IMG/VR virus record: IMGVR_UViG_3300029953_000003
DNA length: 64,000 bases
Strand: one strand, 5' to 3'
DNA from: an uncultured virus (IMG/VR IMGVR_UViG_3300029953_000003)
Taxonomy: Duplodnaviria; Heunggongvirae; Uroviricota; Caudoviricetes
Made by a program: the position numbers and the translations under genes. The notes below the pieces were generated by a model. The model was not told the DNA's origin and made no database searches. It saw nothing but the letters and a program-made list of their open reading frames with translations. Positions 1 through 9,412 of this stretch are shown here, in pieces; the first letter of the stretch is position 1, and each line of letters starts with the position of its first letter.

Positions 1-377
1 ATCTGCCCGGTCCTGGGCTTGCGAGAGCGGGCTGACTTCAGCGCAGCGTCGACCCGGGGACACGGGTCGGTGGCCGTGGCGATGGCCATGTCGCCGCAGA
101 AGTGGTCGCAGATGGAGCCGCGTCCGGAGGTGCCGTCGGTGATGGTGGTGAGCTTGCAGGACGCTGCGCTGTAGGATGCTGCGGCGGGACCCTCGGCTGC
201 GATGACGTCCGCGATGACGGTGTTCACGACGGGCGCTGCATCGGTGCAGATCGAAGCGACCAGCGTGCTGGATCCGGGGAGGTAGGCGGGGACGATGGCG
301 CAGGCGGCCTGCTCGGCCACCTTGGCGATCAGCAGAGCGGTCGGGCAGCCCGTGAGGATGGTGACGATCGCTAGCAT
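1..377 (-). CDS. Partial putative lipoprotein (runs off the left edge)
   Basis: Manual translation from ATG 377: MLAIVTILTGCPTALLIAKVAEQAACAIVPAYLPG..., with an LTGC lipobox-like motif. Frame is open to base 1; an in-frame TTG at 455 is an alternative start. Confidence 0.5.
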   Translation of the reverse strand, partial: MLAIVTILTGCPTALLIAKVAEQAACAIVPAYLPGSSTLVASICTDAAPVVNTVIADVIAAEGPAAASYSAASCKLTTITDGTSGRGSICDHFCGDMAIATATDPCPRVDAALKSARSRKPRTGQ

Positions 378-634
378 GCCGACGGCGCGCACGCACGACG
401 CGAGGCGACTGAGGGACGGGCGAGGGGTGTGGGTGTAGTGACGATAGGGGTTCAAGTGCGACTCCTGGCTGTGGAATGTTTCCTCAGGATACCACCGAGC
501 TGGCTTGGCTGTCCGTTTCGTTTTTGCCTATGTTTTGCGGCAAAAACGCGCATTCGATTGCTCGCATCCCAACACTCGCGAGAATATCCGTTGACGCGCG
601 TTTCGTGACACATGAGGATTGTCACATGATCGGA

Positions 635-1258
635 ATGAATCTCGCGCAGCCGGTGAGCCCCACGGTCGCCGCCCTCTACGTCGCCACGGACGGCTGCTAC
701 TTCGGCCTCGACGGCGTAGACCCGTGGGACGAGTCGCGCGATGCGCGCCGCTACGAGGGCCCGCACCGCGTGGTGGCGCATCCACCCTGTCAGCTCTGGG
801 TGAACTTCGCCGCGCTCAACTTCGCCCGGTACGGCGGCGAGCACAACCGGCCGGGGAACGACGGCGGATGCTTCGCGGCAGCCTTGGCCAGCGTGCGCCG
901 GTGGGGCGGCGTCTTGGAGCACCCCGCATCGAGCAACGCGTGGGCGGCTCATGGCCTGACGGCCCCCGCGGGCGGAGGGTGGACGCGCGAACTCGGCGGC
1001 CCCGGCTGGTCGTGCGAGGTCTGGCAAAGCGCCTACGGGCACCGGGCGCGCAAGCGGACCTGGCTCTACTACGTCGGCGAGACCCCCCCCGCGATGCGGT
1101 GGGAGCGTGCGCCAGGGGTGGCACAGGTTGGGTGGTTCGACCGCATCAAGCCCACCTTGGGGAAGCGCGAGGCGAAGGCCACCCCGCCGGCCTTCCGCGA
1201 CGCCCTCCTCGCCCTCGCACGGCAAGACGTGTCGCGCTCATCAGAAAGAGATCGATGA
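635..1258 (+). CDS. Short phage-type DNA cytosine-C5 methyltransferase-like protein
   Basis: VVAHPPC (motif IV PC-like), VLEHP (motif VI ENV-like) and YGHRARKRTWLY (motif VIII-like). No canonical FxGxG motif I. Start uncertain (626, 635 or 653). Confidence 0.6.
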   Translation: MNLAQPVSPTVAALYVATDGCYFGLDGVDPWDESRDARRYEGPHRVVAHPPCQLWVNFAALNFARYGGEHNRPGNDGGCFAAALASVRRWGGVLEHPASSNAWAAHGLTAPAGGGWTRELGGPGWSCEVWQSAYGHRARKRTWLYYVGETPPAMRWERAPGVAQVGWFDRIKPTLGKREAKATPPAFRDALLALARQDVSRSSERDR

Positions 1259-1392
1259 TCTCAAGAGTGCGCTTCGGAAGCTCGAGGGACGCGTCGATGA
1301 TTTCGACGACTCGAACAAAGCAGCGGGATGATCATGAACTTGCAGGCAGCCGAGCCTGAATCGCTCGGCTGCCTGCAATGGGGCGGGCCAGA

Positions 1393-1494
1393 CTACGCGG
1401 CCTGGTGCTTGGCGGGCTTCTTGGCCCACTGGGCGAGGGCGGTGAGGCCGGCGACGCCGGCGAGGACAACGAGGCAACCGATGGCGGTCTTCAT
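1393..1494 (-). CDS. 33-aa single-TM micropeptide
   Basis: MKTAIGCLVVLAGVAGLTALAQWAKKPAKHQAA*; a TAGGTT -10-like box lies 6 nt upstream of the ATG. Not in the ORF track. Confidence 0.45.
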   Translation of the reverse strand: MKTAIGCLVVLAGVAGLTALAQWAKKPAKHQAA

Positions 1495-1536
1495 TCTGAG
1501 AACCTACACCGAGTTGTCTTTTTCGCCTAGCGGTTA

Positions 1537-1824
1537 CTAAGAGGCCCTCGGCCCAGCTTTCGTTCTCGCGATCTTCTCGATGTAGCTTGCCAGGATCGGG
1601 ACGATTCCTGCGGCCATCGGCGCGATCTGTTCGAGCAGGCCGCTGGCGACGCTCTTTGCTTTGACGTCGAAGTCGCGGATCTTCGTTTCTTGCGCGTGCT
1701 CGCGCAGCTTGGTGGCGGTCAGCGTCAGCGTGTAGAGATCGGCAGCTTCGAGATGAGCGACGTTTTTGAGCCGTCGTTGCACCTCGTCTTCGATGGTCTT
1801 GATGTTATCGTCGGAAGTGGACAT
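1537..1824 (-). CDS. Hypothetical helical protein
   Basis: 95-aa ORF with protein-like composition; GAGGAA precedes the start. Confidence 0.6.
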   Translation of the reverse strand: MSTSDDNIKTIEDEVQRRLKNVAHLEAADLYTLTLTATKLREHAQETKIRDFDVKAKSVASGLLEQIAPMAAGIVPILASYIEKIARTKAGPRAS

Positions 1825-1921
1825 TCCTCATCAGAGCGTTGCTTGTAGCCGATGTCAACGAAGACTTTGGCGTGAAAAATTGCCTTGACGTGGACCATTG
1901 AAGCAAGGACGCTCATGGGTC

Positions 1922-2365
1922 ATGAAGAGCGTGAAGAGGGATGCGTCGTCGAAGGCTTGGAAGAAGTCGCCGAAGGTCAGCAAGAAGCCGGGGAAGACCG
2001 GCAAGAAGCCGGCGAAGAAGTCCTCCAAGGTCGTCGCGCGCGACCTCGCCGTGTCCGCGATGCGCCGCGTTCCGATGCCGGCCGGTTCGTATGCGCCGCG
2101 GGCAGGGAGCTTGGCTGCGGCTGTTCTCTACGTGCTCTACGTCGAGAAAGCGCGCGAGCTCAAGGTCTCGTCGGTGCAGAAGCTGGTGAAGGATCTCTCG
2201 TGGGCGCCGCGCGGGAAGTTTTCGTTGCGGGTGGCCACCGTTCTCGGTCAGCTCCGCACGGCGGGTTTGATCCGGAACGGGGCGCCCGCGCACCTCCAGA
2301 TCAAGGATCAAGGGGGTTGTGGCCCGCGGCTGCGGAAGACCTGGCAGTGGAATCCTGTTGCCTGA
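1922..2365 (+). CDS. Basic, possibly DNA-binding protein (Lys-rich N-terminus, possible winged helix)
   Basis: KKSPKVSKKPGKTGKKPAKK tail followed by a helical region (VATVLGQLRTAGLI). Confidence 0.5.
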   Translation: MKSVKRDASSKAWKKSPKVSKKPGKTGKKPAKKSSKVVARDLAVSAMRRVPMPAGSYAPRAGSLAAAVLYVLYVEKARELKVSSVQKLVKDLSWAPRGKFSLRVATVLGQLRTAGLIRNGAPAHLQIKDQGGCGPRLRKTWQWNPVA

Positions 2366-2402
2366 CGCTTGACGCTGGTCTTGGCGCGGCTGTGAGCGGC
2401 GC

Positions 2403-2948
2403 ATGAGCGCTTCGCGGAAAGAGGATGCGACGATGAATCGACCGAGCGTGCTGGGTAACGTGGGCGACGACAAGGCGGACGCGGAGGTGCTCGAGCAGCT
2501 CGACGAGCTCGTGGAGCGGCTGGAGTGGGCGCGTGAAACGGTGGCGAAGATCGCGAAGCGCGTTGCGTCGCTGGGCGTGCCGGAGACGCAGGACGTGTGG
2601 ATCGACACGGCGCTGGGCCCCGAGTTCGTCGCCAGGCTCGGGAAGATCGTAAACCTCACCGACACGACCCGCGGCATTGCGAGCGCCCTCTGGATGGGTT
2701 CGCGTGACACGGCGGCGCAGAATCCAGGCGTTGCGGCTTCGCTCGAGCCGATGGCCAACATGTTTGCGGAGGGGATGACGGACGCGGCAGTCACGTGCCC
2801 TTGCGGTGACTGCCCGCCGTGTAAGCTGCGAGCAGCGCGCGGGATCGATGTGGCTCGCCCGGAGATCTTCCAGCGCATGCGAGGCGCGATTCAGTTGCCG
2901 CGCAACGTGGCGGGACCATCCAAGCGGATCGTGATGGCGAAGGGCTGA
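2403..2948 (+). CDS. Hypothetical protein with a C-terminal CxCxxCxxC motif
   Basis: 181-aa ORF containing CPCGDCPPC. Confidence 0.6.
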   Translation: MSASRKEDATMNRPSVLGNVGDDKADAEVLEQLDELVERLEWARETVAKIAKRVASLGVPETQDVWIDTALGPEFVARLGKIVNLTDTTRGIASALWMGSRDTAAQNPGVAASLEPMANMFAEGMTDAAVTCPCGDCPPCKLRAARGIDVARPEIFQRMRGAIQLPRNVAGPSKRIVMAKG

Positions 2949-3003
2949 GGCCGTTGGTCGTTGGCGCTTCGCCTTGAGGAACGATCGCGTGTAGGATCTT
3001 CTG

Positions 3004-3747
3004 ATGGCGACAAGCACGAGCGCTGGGGTCGTGGCAGATTCTCAGATCCAGATCGACGCGGTCGTGCCGGCGCATAACGAGGCGCCGACCGTGGGACGCG
3101 TCATCGCAGCGGTTCTGGAGTCCGGCGTGTTTCGGCGCGTGCTGTGTGTGGACGACGGGTCGTCCGACGCAACGGCTGAACTAGCTCGCGGGGCTGGGGC
3201 GGAAGTGCTGAGCCTCACGCCGAACGGCGGAAAGGCGGAGGCGATGCTCGCCGGCGTAGCGCGTCTGGACGCGCAAGCGCGTGGCCTTGGCGATCTGCCT
3301 GCGGGCGCGATCGCTTTTTTTGACGCGGATCTTACGACGCTGACGCCGGCGCATGTTCGGCTCATGGTGGAGCACTTCGATCTCGGTTTCGATCAGGTTT
3401 GCGGGCTGCGCGACTACGGGATGCTGAACTTGCTTCAGACCCTCGCGCCGGTCATGACGGGAGAGCGTATCGTGCGACGGTGGGTCGTTGACCGCGTTCC
3501 GGAGACGTGCTGGGTAGGGTACGCGATCGAGACGGTGATCAACTTTGTCGTCGACGACGAAGGCGGCAAGACGTGCCTCGTCCCTCTCCAGGGCCTCGAC
3601 TTTCGCCTCAAGCAGGCGAAGGTGGGATTTTTCCGAGGATGGCTCCAGCATCTCGCGATGGCTCGCCAGATGGCCGATGCGCGCGCCTCGCTCGAGGCAA
3701 GCGGCGGCGCGTCGTGCGCGATCGTCCCCAGGAAGCTTGGCGATTAG
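3004..3747 (+). CDS. Glycosyltransferase family 2 protein
   Basis: VVPAHNEA, VDDGSSDAT, NGGKAEA and FFDADL (DxD) motifs. Confidence 0.9.
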   Translation: MATSTSAGVVADSQIQIDAVVPAHNEAPTVGRVIAAVLESGVFRRVLCVDDGSSDATAELARGAGAEVLSLTPNGGKAEAMLAGVARLDAQARGLGDLPAGAIAFFDADLTTLTPAHVRLMVEHFDLGFDQVCGLRDYGMLNLLQTLAPVMTGERIVRRWVVDRVPETCWVGYAIETVINFVVDDEGGKTCLVPLQGLDFRLKQAKVGFFRGWLQHLAMARQMADARASLEASGGASCAIVPRKLGD

Positions 3748-3806
3748 AGGCGCCTCGTTGCTCGCCAGACTTTCGCCGCTGGCGCATCGCGTGGTACGCT
3801 TTTGCC

Positions 3807-4106
3807 ATGTCCACCAAGTTCGTTCCCACGAAAGATGCTCTCGACACCCTTCGCCGCTTCGTTCCTTCCGGTACGACGGTCTACTCGATGGTGATGCGCA
3901 GGACGGAGGGGCATGACTACATGCGGTTCTTCGTCGTCGCTGGCGGCCAGATCGTCGAGCTCACGCCCGCGCTTCTTCAGCGAACTTGTGACGTGAAGAT
4001 CGACTCGAAGAGTGAGACGGTCAAGGGCCAAAGTCAGACGCAGGTGCCTTTGCTCATCGCCAAGGCCCTCGGGTATCGTCGATCGCTCCCGTCCATCAGG
4101 CTCTGA
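3807..4106 (+). CDS. Hypothetical phage-type protein
   Basis: MSTKFVPTKDALDTLRRFVPSGTTVYS...; TACGCT lies 6 nt upstream of ATG 3807. Confidence 0.6.
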   Translation: MSTKFVPTKDALDTLRRFVPSGTTVYSMVMRRTEGHDYMRFFVVAGGQIVELTPALLQRTCDVKIDSKSETVKGQSQTQVPLLIAKALGYRRSLPSIRL

Positions 4107-4115
4107 GGGTTTCTG

Positions 4116-4424
4116 ATGGACTGCAACGATGTTCGACCTGGCGTCGACATGGGGCTGCGTGACCCTCGCCTCTGGTCGAATCTTCGTGGCGTCATTGGTG
4201 GCGAGGGCGCTTCGGCAAGGGTCGCGGCGTACTCCAGGATCTCGTGCCGCGAAGGCATGACGGTGACGGAGGCATGGGCCGAGGGGTTCACGCGACACGG
4301 GACGGCGCCTGGGCTTCTCGAGTGGACGATGCTCGTTCCGTTTCTCGCGGTGGCGCTCGCATTCCTGGTAGGTTGGGTGTTTGCCGGCCGTCGTCGCGCC
4401 CCAGTTCGCTCGAGCCCGGAGTAG
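4116..4424 (+). CDS. Hypothetical membrane protein
   Basis: C-terminal TM segment MLVPFLAVALAFLVGWVFAG. Confidence 0.55.
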   Translation: MDCNDVRPGVDMGLRDPRLWSNLRGVIGGEGASARVAAYSRISCREGMTVTEAWAEGFTRHGTAPGLLEWTMLVPFLAVALAFLVGWVFAGRRRAPVRSSPE

Positions 4425-4433
4425 GAGTCTTTC

Positions 4434-5165
4434 GTGCAAACGCCTAGCGCTTCTGTCTTCGCTATTTATAACCCGACCGCCAGGCGCTTTGTGGCGCCGT
4501 CGGGGTATGTGGTGGGCTCGGGATGCGGAGGCGGGTGGGGGATTGCGATGCCGGCGACGCGCACTGCGCCGGCGTGTCGTCGCGACGATGGCGCTGGCGG
4601 ACCGCGGTCGGTGCGCGATCCGTGGGTCGAGGACGGGTCGAGGTTGGCGGCGTGGCCGGTGACGCTTGAGGCAGCCGAGGCGGCGAAGGAGTCTTTGCTC
4701 GCCAGGTCGGGCTCGTCGTGGCTGGTCGACGCGGAAGTGGTGCCTGACCCCGAGGACGCTTCAGGGTCAGGCCGGAGCCATGTGGTGCTGGCGCATGTGC
4801 GCGAGGCGTCGGACCGGGAGCGGTTGCCGGCGAGGGTGGACGAGGTGCCGGTGAACGTTCAGGTGCAGCCCGCGTCGGCGAGCCTGGTGAGCCATGTGGG
4901 ATCGCCGCTGGGTCATGTCGGGCAGCGTGGTGCCGAGGGGCGAGTAGGTCGCGCGTCGGTGTCTGGTCTTCCGGAAGGCCGCGTGCTCGCTCTGTCGCTC
5001 TCGGGGACGGATCGGCGTGACTGGAAGGTCATGCTGGCGGCTGTGATCGGGATCGCGTTTGGTGGCGGGTACATGCTCGGGCGAGCGTCATCGGTGCCAG
5101 AGCGTGAGCAGGCCGCGAGCTCGGAGGAGCGGCGTCGTCGAATGCGCGAGCTTGCAGGCCAGTGA
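4434..5165 (+). CDS. Hypothetical membrane-anchored protein
   Basis: AGGAG RBS before the GTG; C-terminal TM VMLAAVIGIAFGGGYMLG. Confidence 0.6.
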   Translation: MQTPSASVFAIYNPTARRFVAPSGYVVGSGCGGGWGIAMPATRTAPACRRDDGAGGPRSVRDPWVEDGSRLAAWPVTLEAAEAAKESLLARSGSSWLVDAEVVPDPEDASGSGRSHVVLAHVREASDRERLPARVDEVPVNVQVQPASASLVSHVGSPLGHVGQRGAEGRVGRASVSGLPEGRVLALSLSGTDRRDWKVMLAAVIGIAFGGGYMLGRASSVPEREQAASSEERRRRMRELAGQ

Positions 5166-5704
5166 CAGATGTGGTGCGCCGCGCGGAGGGCTTCTACGCG
5201 GCGGGGCTCCTACGCGCGGATGTGCGCCATGCGAAGTGCAGCCGCTACGACGGTGCGCTTTGTGGCTGCGGCGGCTGCTCGTGTCACTTGACCTTCCTGG
5301 AAGGCGCGCGAGTGCGTGTACTCCGACCTCTCGTTCCCGAAGAGGACGAAGGAGATCCGGCTCACGGCATGAGCGAGCGCCTCCTCCTTCCCGACGGGCG
5401 AACCCCAGCCGTAGGGCATCGGTCCGCGGATGCGAAAGCGTTCAGGGACGGGAAGGATGATCCAGCGCTTGCCGACGCGGTAGCCGATCGCGGCCGAGAT
5501 GAGTTCCGCTGGAATTGGTTGTCGTTTGCCGCCTTCGAGTTTGTAGAAGACGACCACGCGCGCGCTGCCGAGCGTGAGGTCTGTCACGTCGCCGACGACC
5601 ACCTCGCGCTTCATCGTCAGAGCGTGAACTTGGTGAGCCAGTTCGAGTCGAGTCGATTGCGCAGCCGCTGGAGCGCGCCATCGTCCGCTTCGGTGCTCCG
5701 ATAG
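5162..5704 (+). CDS. Hypothetical Cys-containing protein
   Basis: GTGA start/stop overlap with the previous gene; CGCGGCSCH motif. The 3' end overlaps a convergent gene. Confidence 0.5.
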   Translation: MTDVVRRAEGFYAAGLLRADVRHAKCSRYDGALCGCGGCSCHLTFLEGARVRVLRPLVPEEDEGDPAHGMSERLLLPDGRTPAVGHRSADAKAFRDGKDDPALADAVADRGRDEFRWNWLSFAAFEFVEDDHARAAEREVCHVADDHLALHRQSVNLVSQFESSRLRSRWSAPSSASVLR

Positions 5705-6126
5705 TTGCCGGTCTCCCACGCCAGCCTCAGCGCCGACTTCCAGGTGCGACCATGCTCCTTCGCGAAGATCCGGAGCGCGCTCAGCTCCTCGCCCGAAAGC
5801 TGCGCCGAAGCGCCGGCCTTCCTGCTCGGCACCAGCTTTCCGAGGAGTCCCCGGATCTCGCGCAGCTCCGCATGGTCGATCTTCCCGCCGAGCGGCCCGC
5901 CCATGCGGCTGCCGTTTGGCCACGAGAGGTACTCGTCGATCTGCGCGAGCGTGTTGCGAAGAGCGACTGGCGGAGCCGTTTCGCCGCGTTCGATCGCTTG
6001 CGAGACCGCGTTCATGTTGACGTTGCCACCTCCCCCGTACTCGTAGACGCGACGGGCGAGCTTCTCGCGCGGCATCGCCTTGGGTCCATCGGCTGCCGAA
6101 CCGCTCGCGGTCTTCTTCGTCGCCAT
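5617..6126 (-). CDS. Hypothetical mobile-element protein
   Basis: C-terminal ALRIFAKEHGRTWKSALRLAW...LQRLRN...WL resembles a small domain I recall from phages and plasmids; TAGGCT lies 7 nt upstream of the ATG. Confidence 0.65.
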   Translation of the reverse strand: MATKKTASGSAADGPKAMPREKLARRVYEYGGGGNVNMNAVSQAIERGETAPPVALRNTLAQIDEYLSWPNGSRMGGPLGGKIDHAELREIRGLLGKLVPSRKAGASAQLSGEELSALRIFAKEHGRTWKSALRLAWETGNYRSTEADDGALQRLRNRLDSNWLTKFTL

Positions 6127-6317
6127 GTTGGAGAGCCTACCCTACTTTAGGGTGTGCCGAAAGTGTGCGGGCAACTATGACGCGCCGCGGCCTGGAGAGC
6201 CGTAACGCGACGCGTCTTCGTTGACTGCGGACGGACAGAAAGCTCGCTGCCCACAGAAACTTGGATCGCTGCCCGCGGAACGGATCGCTGCCCACAAGAA
6301 ACACGTTTTCCATCGTT

Positions 6318-6656
6318 TTATGGGCAAAGCCCAGCTACGCCGTCTGGATTCGCTGTCCAGCATCCCATTCCGCCATCAGCATTGGCGGCGGCGAGGCACG
6401 CGATACCTCCGATTGCGCATGTGCACGTTGGCTGGTACGTGTAGCAGCCTGTTGCGTACACGCATGCCTCTGCGCCCTGCGGAAGGTAGGCGACAGGTGC
6501 AGCGGAGAGGGCAGCCGGGCTTGCGTACTGAGGGAAGCTGACGGCCACGAGCCCCGCTTGTCCGCTTACGGTGCTTGTCCTGGCGAAAGCGAGCGCGACG
6601 AGAACGAAGAAGCCGACGAAGAGGATCCTTGGTCTTGCCGATTAGGACCATTTCAT
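6318..6656 (-). pseudogene. Truncated paralog of the Cys-rich-head secreted/fibre family
   Basis: ATG 6656 reads MKWS, then an in-frame TAA (6642-6644), then a signal-like segment and AVSFPQYASPAALSAA...GCW. It ends where the paralogs begin their ~430-aa C-terminal domain. Confidence 0.7.
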
Positions 6657-6661
6657 GTGTA

Positions 6662-7489
6662 CTATCCTGCTGCGGGGGCGCTGAGGAATCCGCTGACGAA
6701 CGTGGTGACCGGATTGCCTGAAAGGGCGATGTTGCCTCCGGTTCCGGTGAGCGCTCCGCGGAAGTCGATGACGGCGCCGGCACTGAGCATGAGGCTGATC
6801 GACACGGTATTCTGCCGGGTGCAGCTCAGCGCGTTGATGGGATTGACGTAGTTGTACTGAGCGACGGAGCTACCGCCGAGGCAGATGGACGTAGCCCATT
6901 GCTCGAGGATTGGCATTGCGGCGGCCGCGAGCTCGGCGGCGAGCAGGAAGGTGTAGACGCCTGCGACTTTGGTGACGTATTGGCCTGTCGCCGGATTGAA
7001 GTTTCCGCCGAGGTTTGTTCCTGGCGCGACGGTCCATCCGGTGATTGGCGCAGCAGGACTCCCGTTCACGAAGACCTGAGCGTTCGAGCATCCAGCTTCG
7101 AATGATGCGCCGGAAACATCTCCAGAAGCGTCGCCCTGTCCAGCGACTTGGATTTGGATTGCGCTTGATCCGGAGACTCTCTTGAAATAGAGGTAAGTCC
7201 CGATGGGCGGTGCGCTCTGGGAGAACGGGACCGCGACGGGGCTGGATCCAGTGACGAGAGCCATGCCGTTGACGAGCTGAATCTGCGTGGGCGTGGCGAG
7301 CTCGATGAGCCCCGTTACGGCAGGGCTCAGGCCACCGTTTTGTGAGAAGAAGAAGGCGAAGGAATCGCCTGGGCTTGCGCCGTTGAGCGCGATCACGAGT
7401 CCTGAGATCTGGTTGAGCTTGAGCCCGACCAGAGACACGGGCCCGGTCCAGCCGGAGGATGGGGCGTTGATGGTGGGTAGAAGTTGCAT
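6662..7489 (-). CDS. Beta-rich protein: shared N-terminal domain plus C1q/TNF-like C-terminal domain
   Basis: NLGGNFNPATGQYVTKVAGVYTF and ISLMLSAGAVI are gC1q-like. The N-domain is paralogous to 7987..9363 and 12366..12737. Confidence 0.7.
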   Translation of the reverse strand: MQLLPTINAPSSGWTGPVSLVGLKLNQISGLVIALNGASPGDSFAFFFSQNGGLSPAVTGLIELATPTQIQLVNGMALVTGSSPVAVPFSQSAPPIGTYLYFKRVSGSSAIQIQVAGQGDASGDVSGASFEAGCSNAQVFVNGSPAAPITGWTVAPGTNLGGNFNPATGQYVTKVAGVYTFLLAAELAAAAMPILEQWATSICLGGSSVAQYNYVNPINALSCTRQNTVSISLMLSAGAVIDFRGALTGTGGNIALSGNPVTTFVSGFLSAPAAG

Positions 7490-7495
7490 CGCGTC

Positions 7496-7954
7496 CTATC
7501 CTTGATTGGCGCAGCCGCAGCCGCGCGCTTCGAGCATGGATTGTACCCCGAGGCGATCGGAAGCGTTTTCCCAGAACACTTCGGGGCAAAGGCCCTGGAG
7601 CTCTGCATCTTTCGCCGAGAGCTTGGCGAATGCAGCCGCGATTTCAGGCGGGATGGCCTCGAGCGCGTCGACACGGTGCTCCTGGTCTCGGATTTCGAGC
7701 TCTGCCGTCGTCTCGCTATCCGGCGGGCTGGCGTAGCGCGGGTGCTTGAAGGGCGCATGCGCTTCGTGCTTGCATAGGGCGAAGATCGGATGTGGCTCAC
7801 AATCCGGATTTTCTTTGCTTGGGAGGTTTGCTGCGGACAGGACCTGAGGGTAGTGCGCCTTCGGGTACGTGTCCTTGACTCCGAAGATGATGGCGCGCAC
7901 CAGAGGGATGTAGTCGACGAAGGTGTGCGGATCGAGCGTTGTCGGGTTGTGCAT
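7496..7954 (-). CDS. Hypothetical protein
   Basis: 152-aa ORF that fills the gap between the two C1q-like genes. Confidence 0.6.
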   Translation of the reverse strand: MHNPTTLDPHTFVDYIPLVRAIIFGVKDTYPKAHYPQVLSAANLPSKENPDCEPHPIFALCKHEAHAPFKHPRYASPPDSETTAELEIRDQEHRVDALEAIPPEIAAAFAKLSAKDAELQGLCPEVFWENASDRLGVQSMLEARGCGCANQG

Positions 7955-7986
7955 CGGTCGATATTCCGAGGATGTCGTCAGTGTGG

Positions 7987-9363
7987 TCAGGACAGTAGCG
8001 CGAAAGAGAACGTGTTGGTGAGCGTCGATTGTGCCAGCGTGAGCCCAGCTCCCGAGTTCTGGAAAGCCTGCGGCGAGAATGTCTGTCCTGCGCTGAGCTC
8101 GATTCCAGCGACAGAAAGACTAGGCGTGAAGGATCCGGAGATCCCGGCCACCTGAGCCGTAATGAACCGGCTTTCGAGGAAAGTCCCTCCCGTGAGCACG
8201 AGTGATACTTGGTAGTTGTTGCCGAGGCTGGTGACGTTCGTGCTGAACTGGACCCCAAAGGATGAGGTGTAGAACCCCTCCACAGACGGCGTGACGATTC
8301 CGGTTGACGGTACGAAGCACGCGCCGACGTTGGTGATGGCCGTCCAGCCGGTTACGGTGGTAGAGGTGCCGCTGGGGATGCTCTGACCGGATGTGTTCGT
8401 GGCGCGCACCAGGGGGCCGCCAGCGACTTTCCTCCAGTTTGGCACGCTTGGTGTGCCCACATTCATTCGGGCGATGTTGGTGGTTGATCCAAACGCGAAA
8501 AGGCCAGCGAGTGGATTCGTGATCGCGAGAAGTGTCGCGTCAGGAACCTGCGGTGGCCCGATGCCGAGTGTGGTGAAGGTGGAGAGGTCGAGCGCAGCAG
8601 AGGCGTTGATCGGAACGAGAGCTGGGCCGACGAAGACGGGATTGAGAAGGGAGATCGTGGTGGAGGGGCTTCCTCCTCCGACGACGATGAATTGCTCGTT
8701 GCTGTCAGCGCCGATCTCGATCGTTCCACGAGACAAGGCTCTGATTTCTGCGAGGGTTCCTCCGACGAAGAAGGCTTGTCCAGTTGGCCCAGATCGGACA
8801 AACGTCGTGGCGTCGGTGAGTCCGCTCCCGATGATGACGTCCTGAAGATCGTCGATCAGGATGGCGGGAACGTTGTTCGTGATGACGTCGAGGGTGTTGG
8901 CGTCCAGCGTTCCTAGGATTCCTGGGTGGCCGAATCCAGTGTTACCACCCTGGACCCATGCTTGACCCGTTCCAGAAACAGGATTCGCCTCGCCGCTGAT
9001 CTGGATCTCGATGCTGCTCGTGCCGGCCGCGCGAAAGAAGTACAGGTAGGTCCCGTAGGGCGGGTCGGTGAACGAGAATTGAATCGCGGTCGTGTTTGGG
9101 CCGGCAAGGAGCGCCATGCCGTCCACGACTTGAACTTGGGTTGGGGTGAAGAGCTCGTCGGTTCCCGTGGTGGACGGGTCCAGGCCGCTGTTCAGCGAGA
9201 AGTAGACGGCGACCTGGTCGTTCGGTCCCGCGCCTTCCAGCGCGATCAGGATCGCCGTAGCCTGGCTAAGCTTGAGGCTTGCCAGTGAAATGGCAGTCGT
9301 CCAGGATCCTGCGGATGGCGCCGCAACGGGCGCGAGGAGGGTGATCACGCCGTGAGCGTACAC
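7987..9363 (-). CDS. Fibre-like protein: shared N-domain, WVQGGN...ILGTLD shaft motif and C1q-like tip
   Basis: AWVQGGNTGFGHPGILGTLDANTLDVITNN; tip reads FVPSTGIVTPSVEGFY...IELSAGQTFSPQAFQNSG. Start could be GTG 9348. Confidence 0.7.
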   Translation of the reverse strand: MYAHGVITLLAPVAAPSAGSWTTAISLASLKLSQATAILIALEGAGPNDQVAVYFSLNSGLDPSTTGTDELFTPTQVQVVDGMALLAGPNTTAIQFSFTDPPYGTYLYFFRAAGTSSIEIQISGEANPVSGTGQAWVQGGNTGFGHPGILGTLDANTLDVITNNVPAILIDDLQDVIIGSGLTDATTFVRSGPTGQAFFVGGTLAEIRALSRGTIEIGADSNEQFIVVGGGSPSTTISLLNPVFVGPALVPINASAALDLSTFTTLGIGPPQVPDATLLAITNPLAGLFAFGSTTNIARMNVGTPSVPNWRKVAGGPLVRATNTSGQSIPSGTSTTVTGWTAITNVGACFVPSTGIVTPSVEGFYTSSFGVQFSTNVTSLGNNYQVSLVLTGGTFLESRFITAQVAGISGSFTPSLSVAGIELSAGQTFSPQAFQNSGAGLTLAQSTLTNTFSFALLS

Positions 9364-9412
9364 CCTGGAGCTGCCCGGGGTCTACGGTGACCGCGGGGCT
9401 GGCTTGTTGCGC

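Noticed and set aside
1238..1331. Coiled-coil-like peptide HQKEIDDLKSALRKLEGRVDDF overlapping the end of the MTase-like gene
   Set aside because: No credible start. It may be a remnant of a deleted gene but is too short to support.
6642..6644. Stop-codon reassignment explaining the in-frame TAA
   Set aside because: The giant ORFs are open under the standard code, TAA terminates other genes here, and this gene is also truncated at its 3' end.
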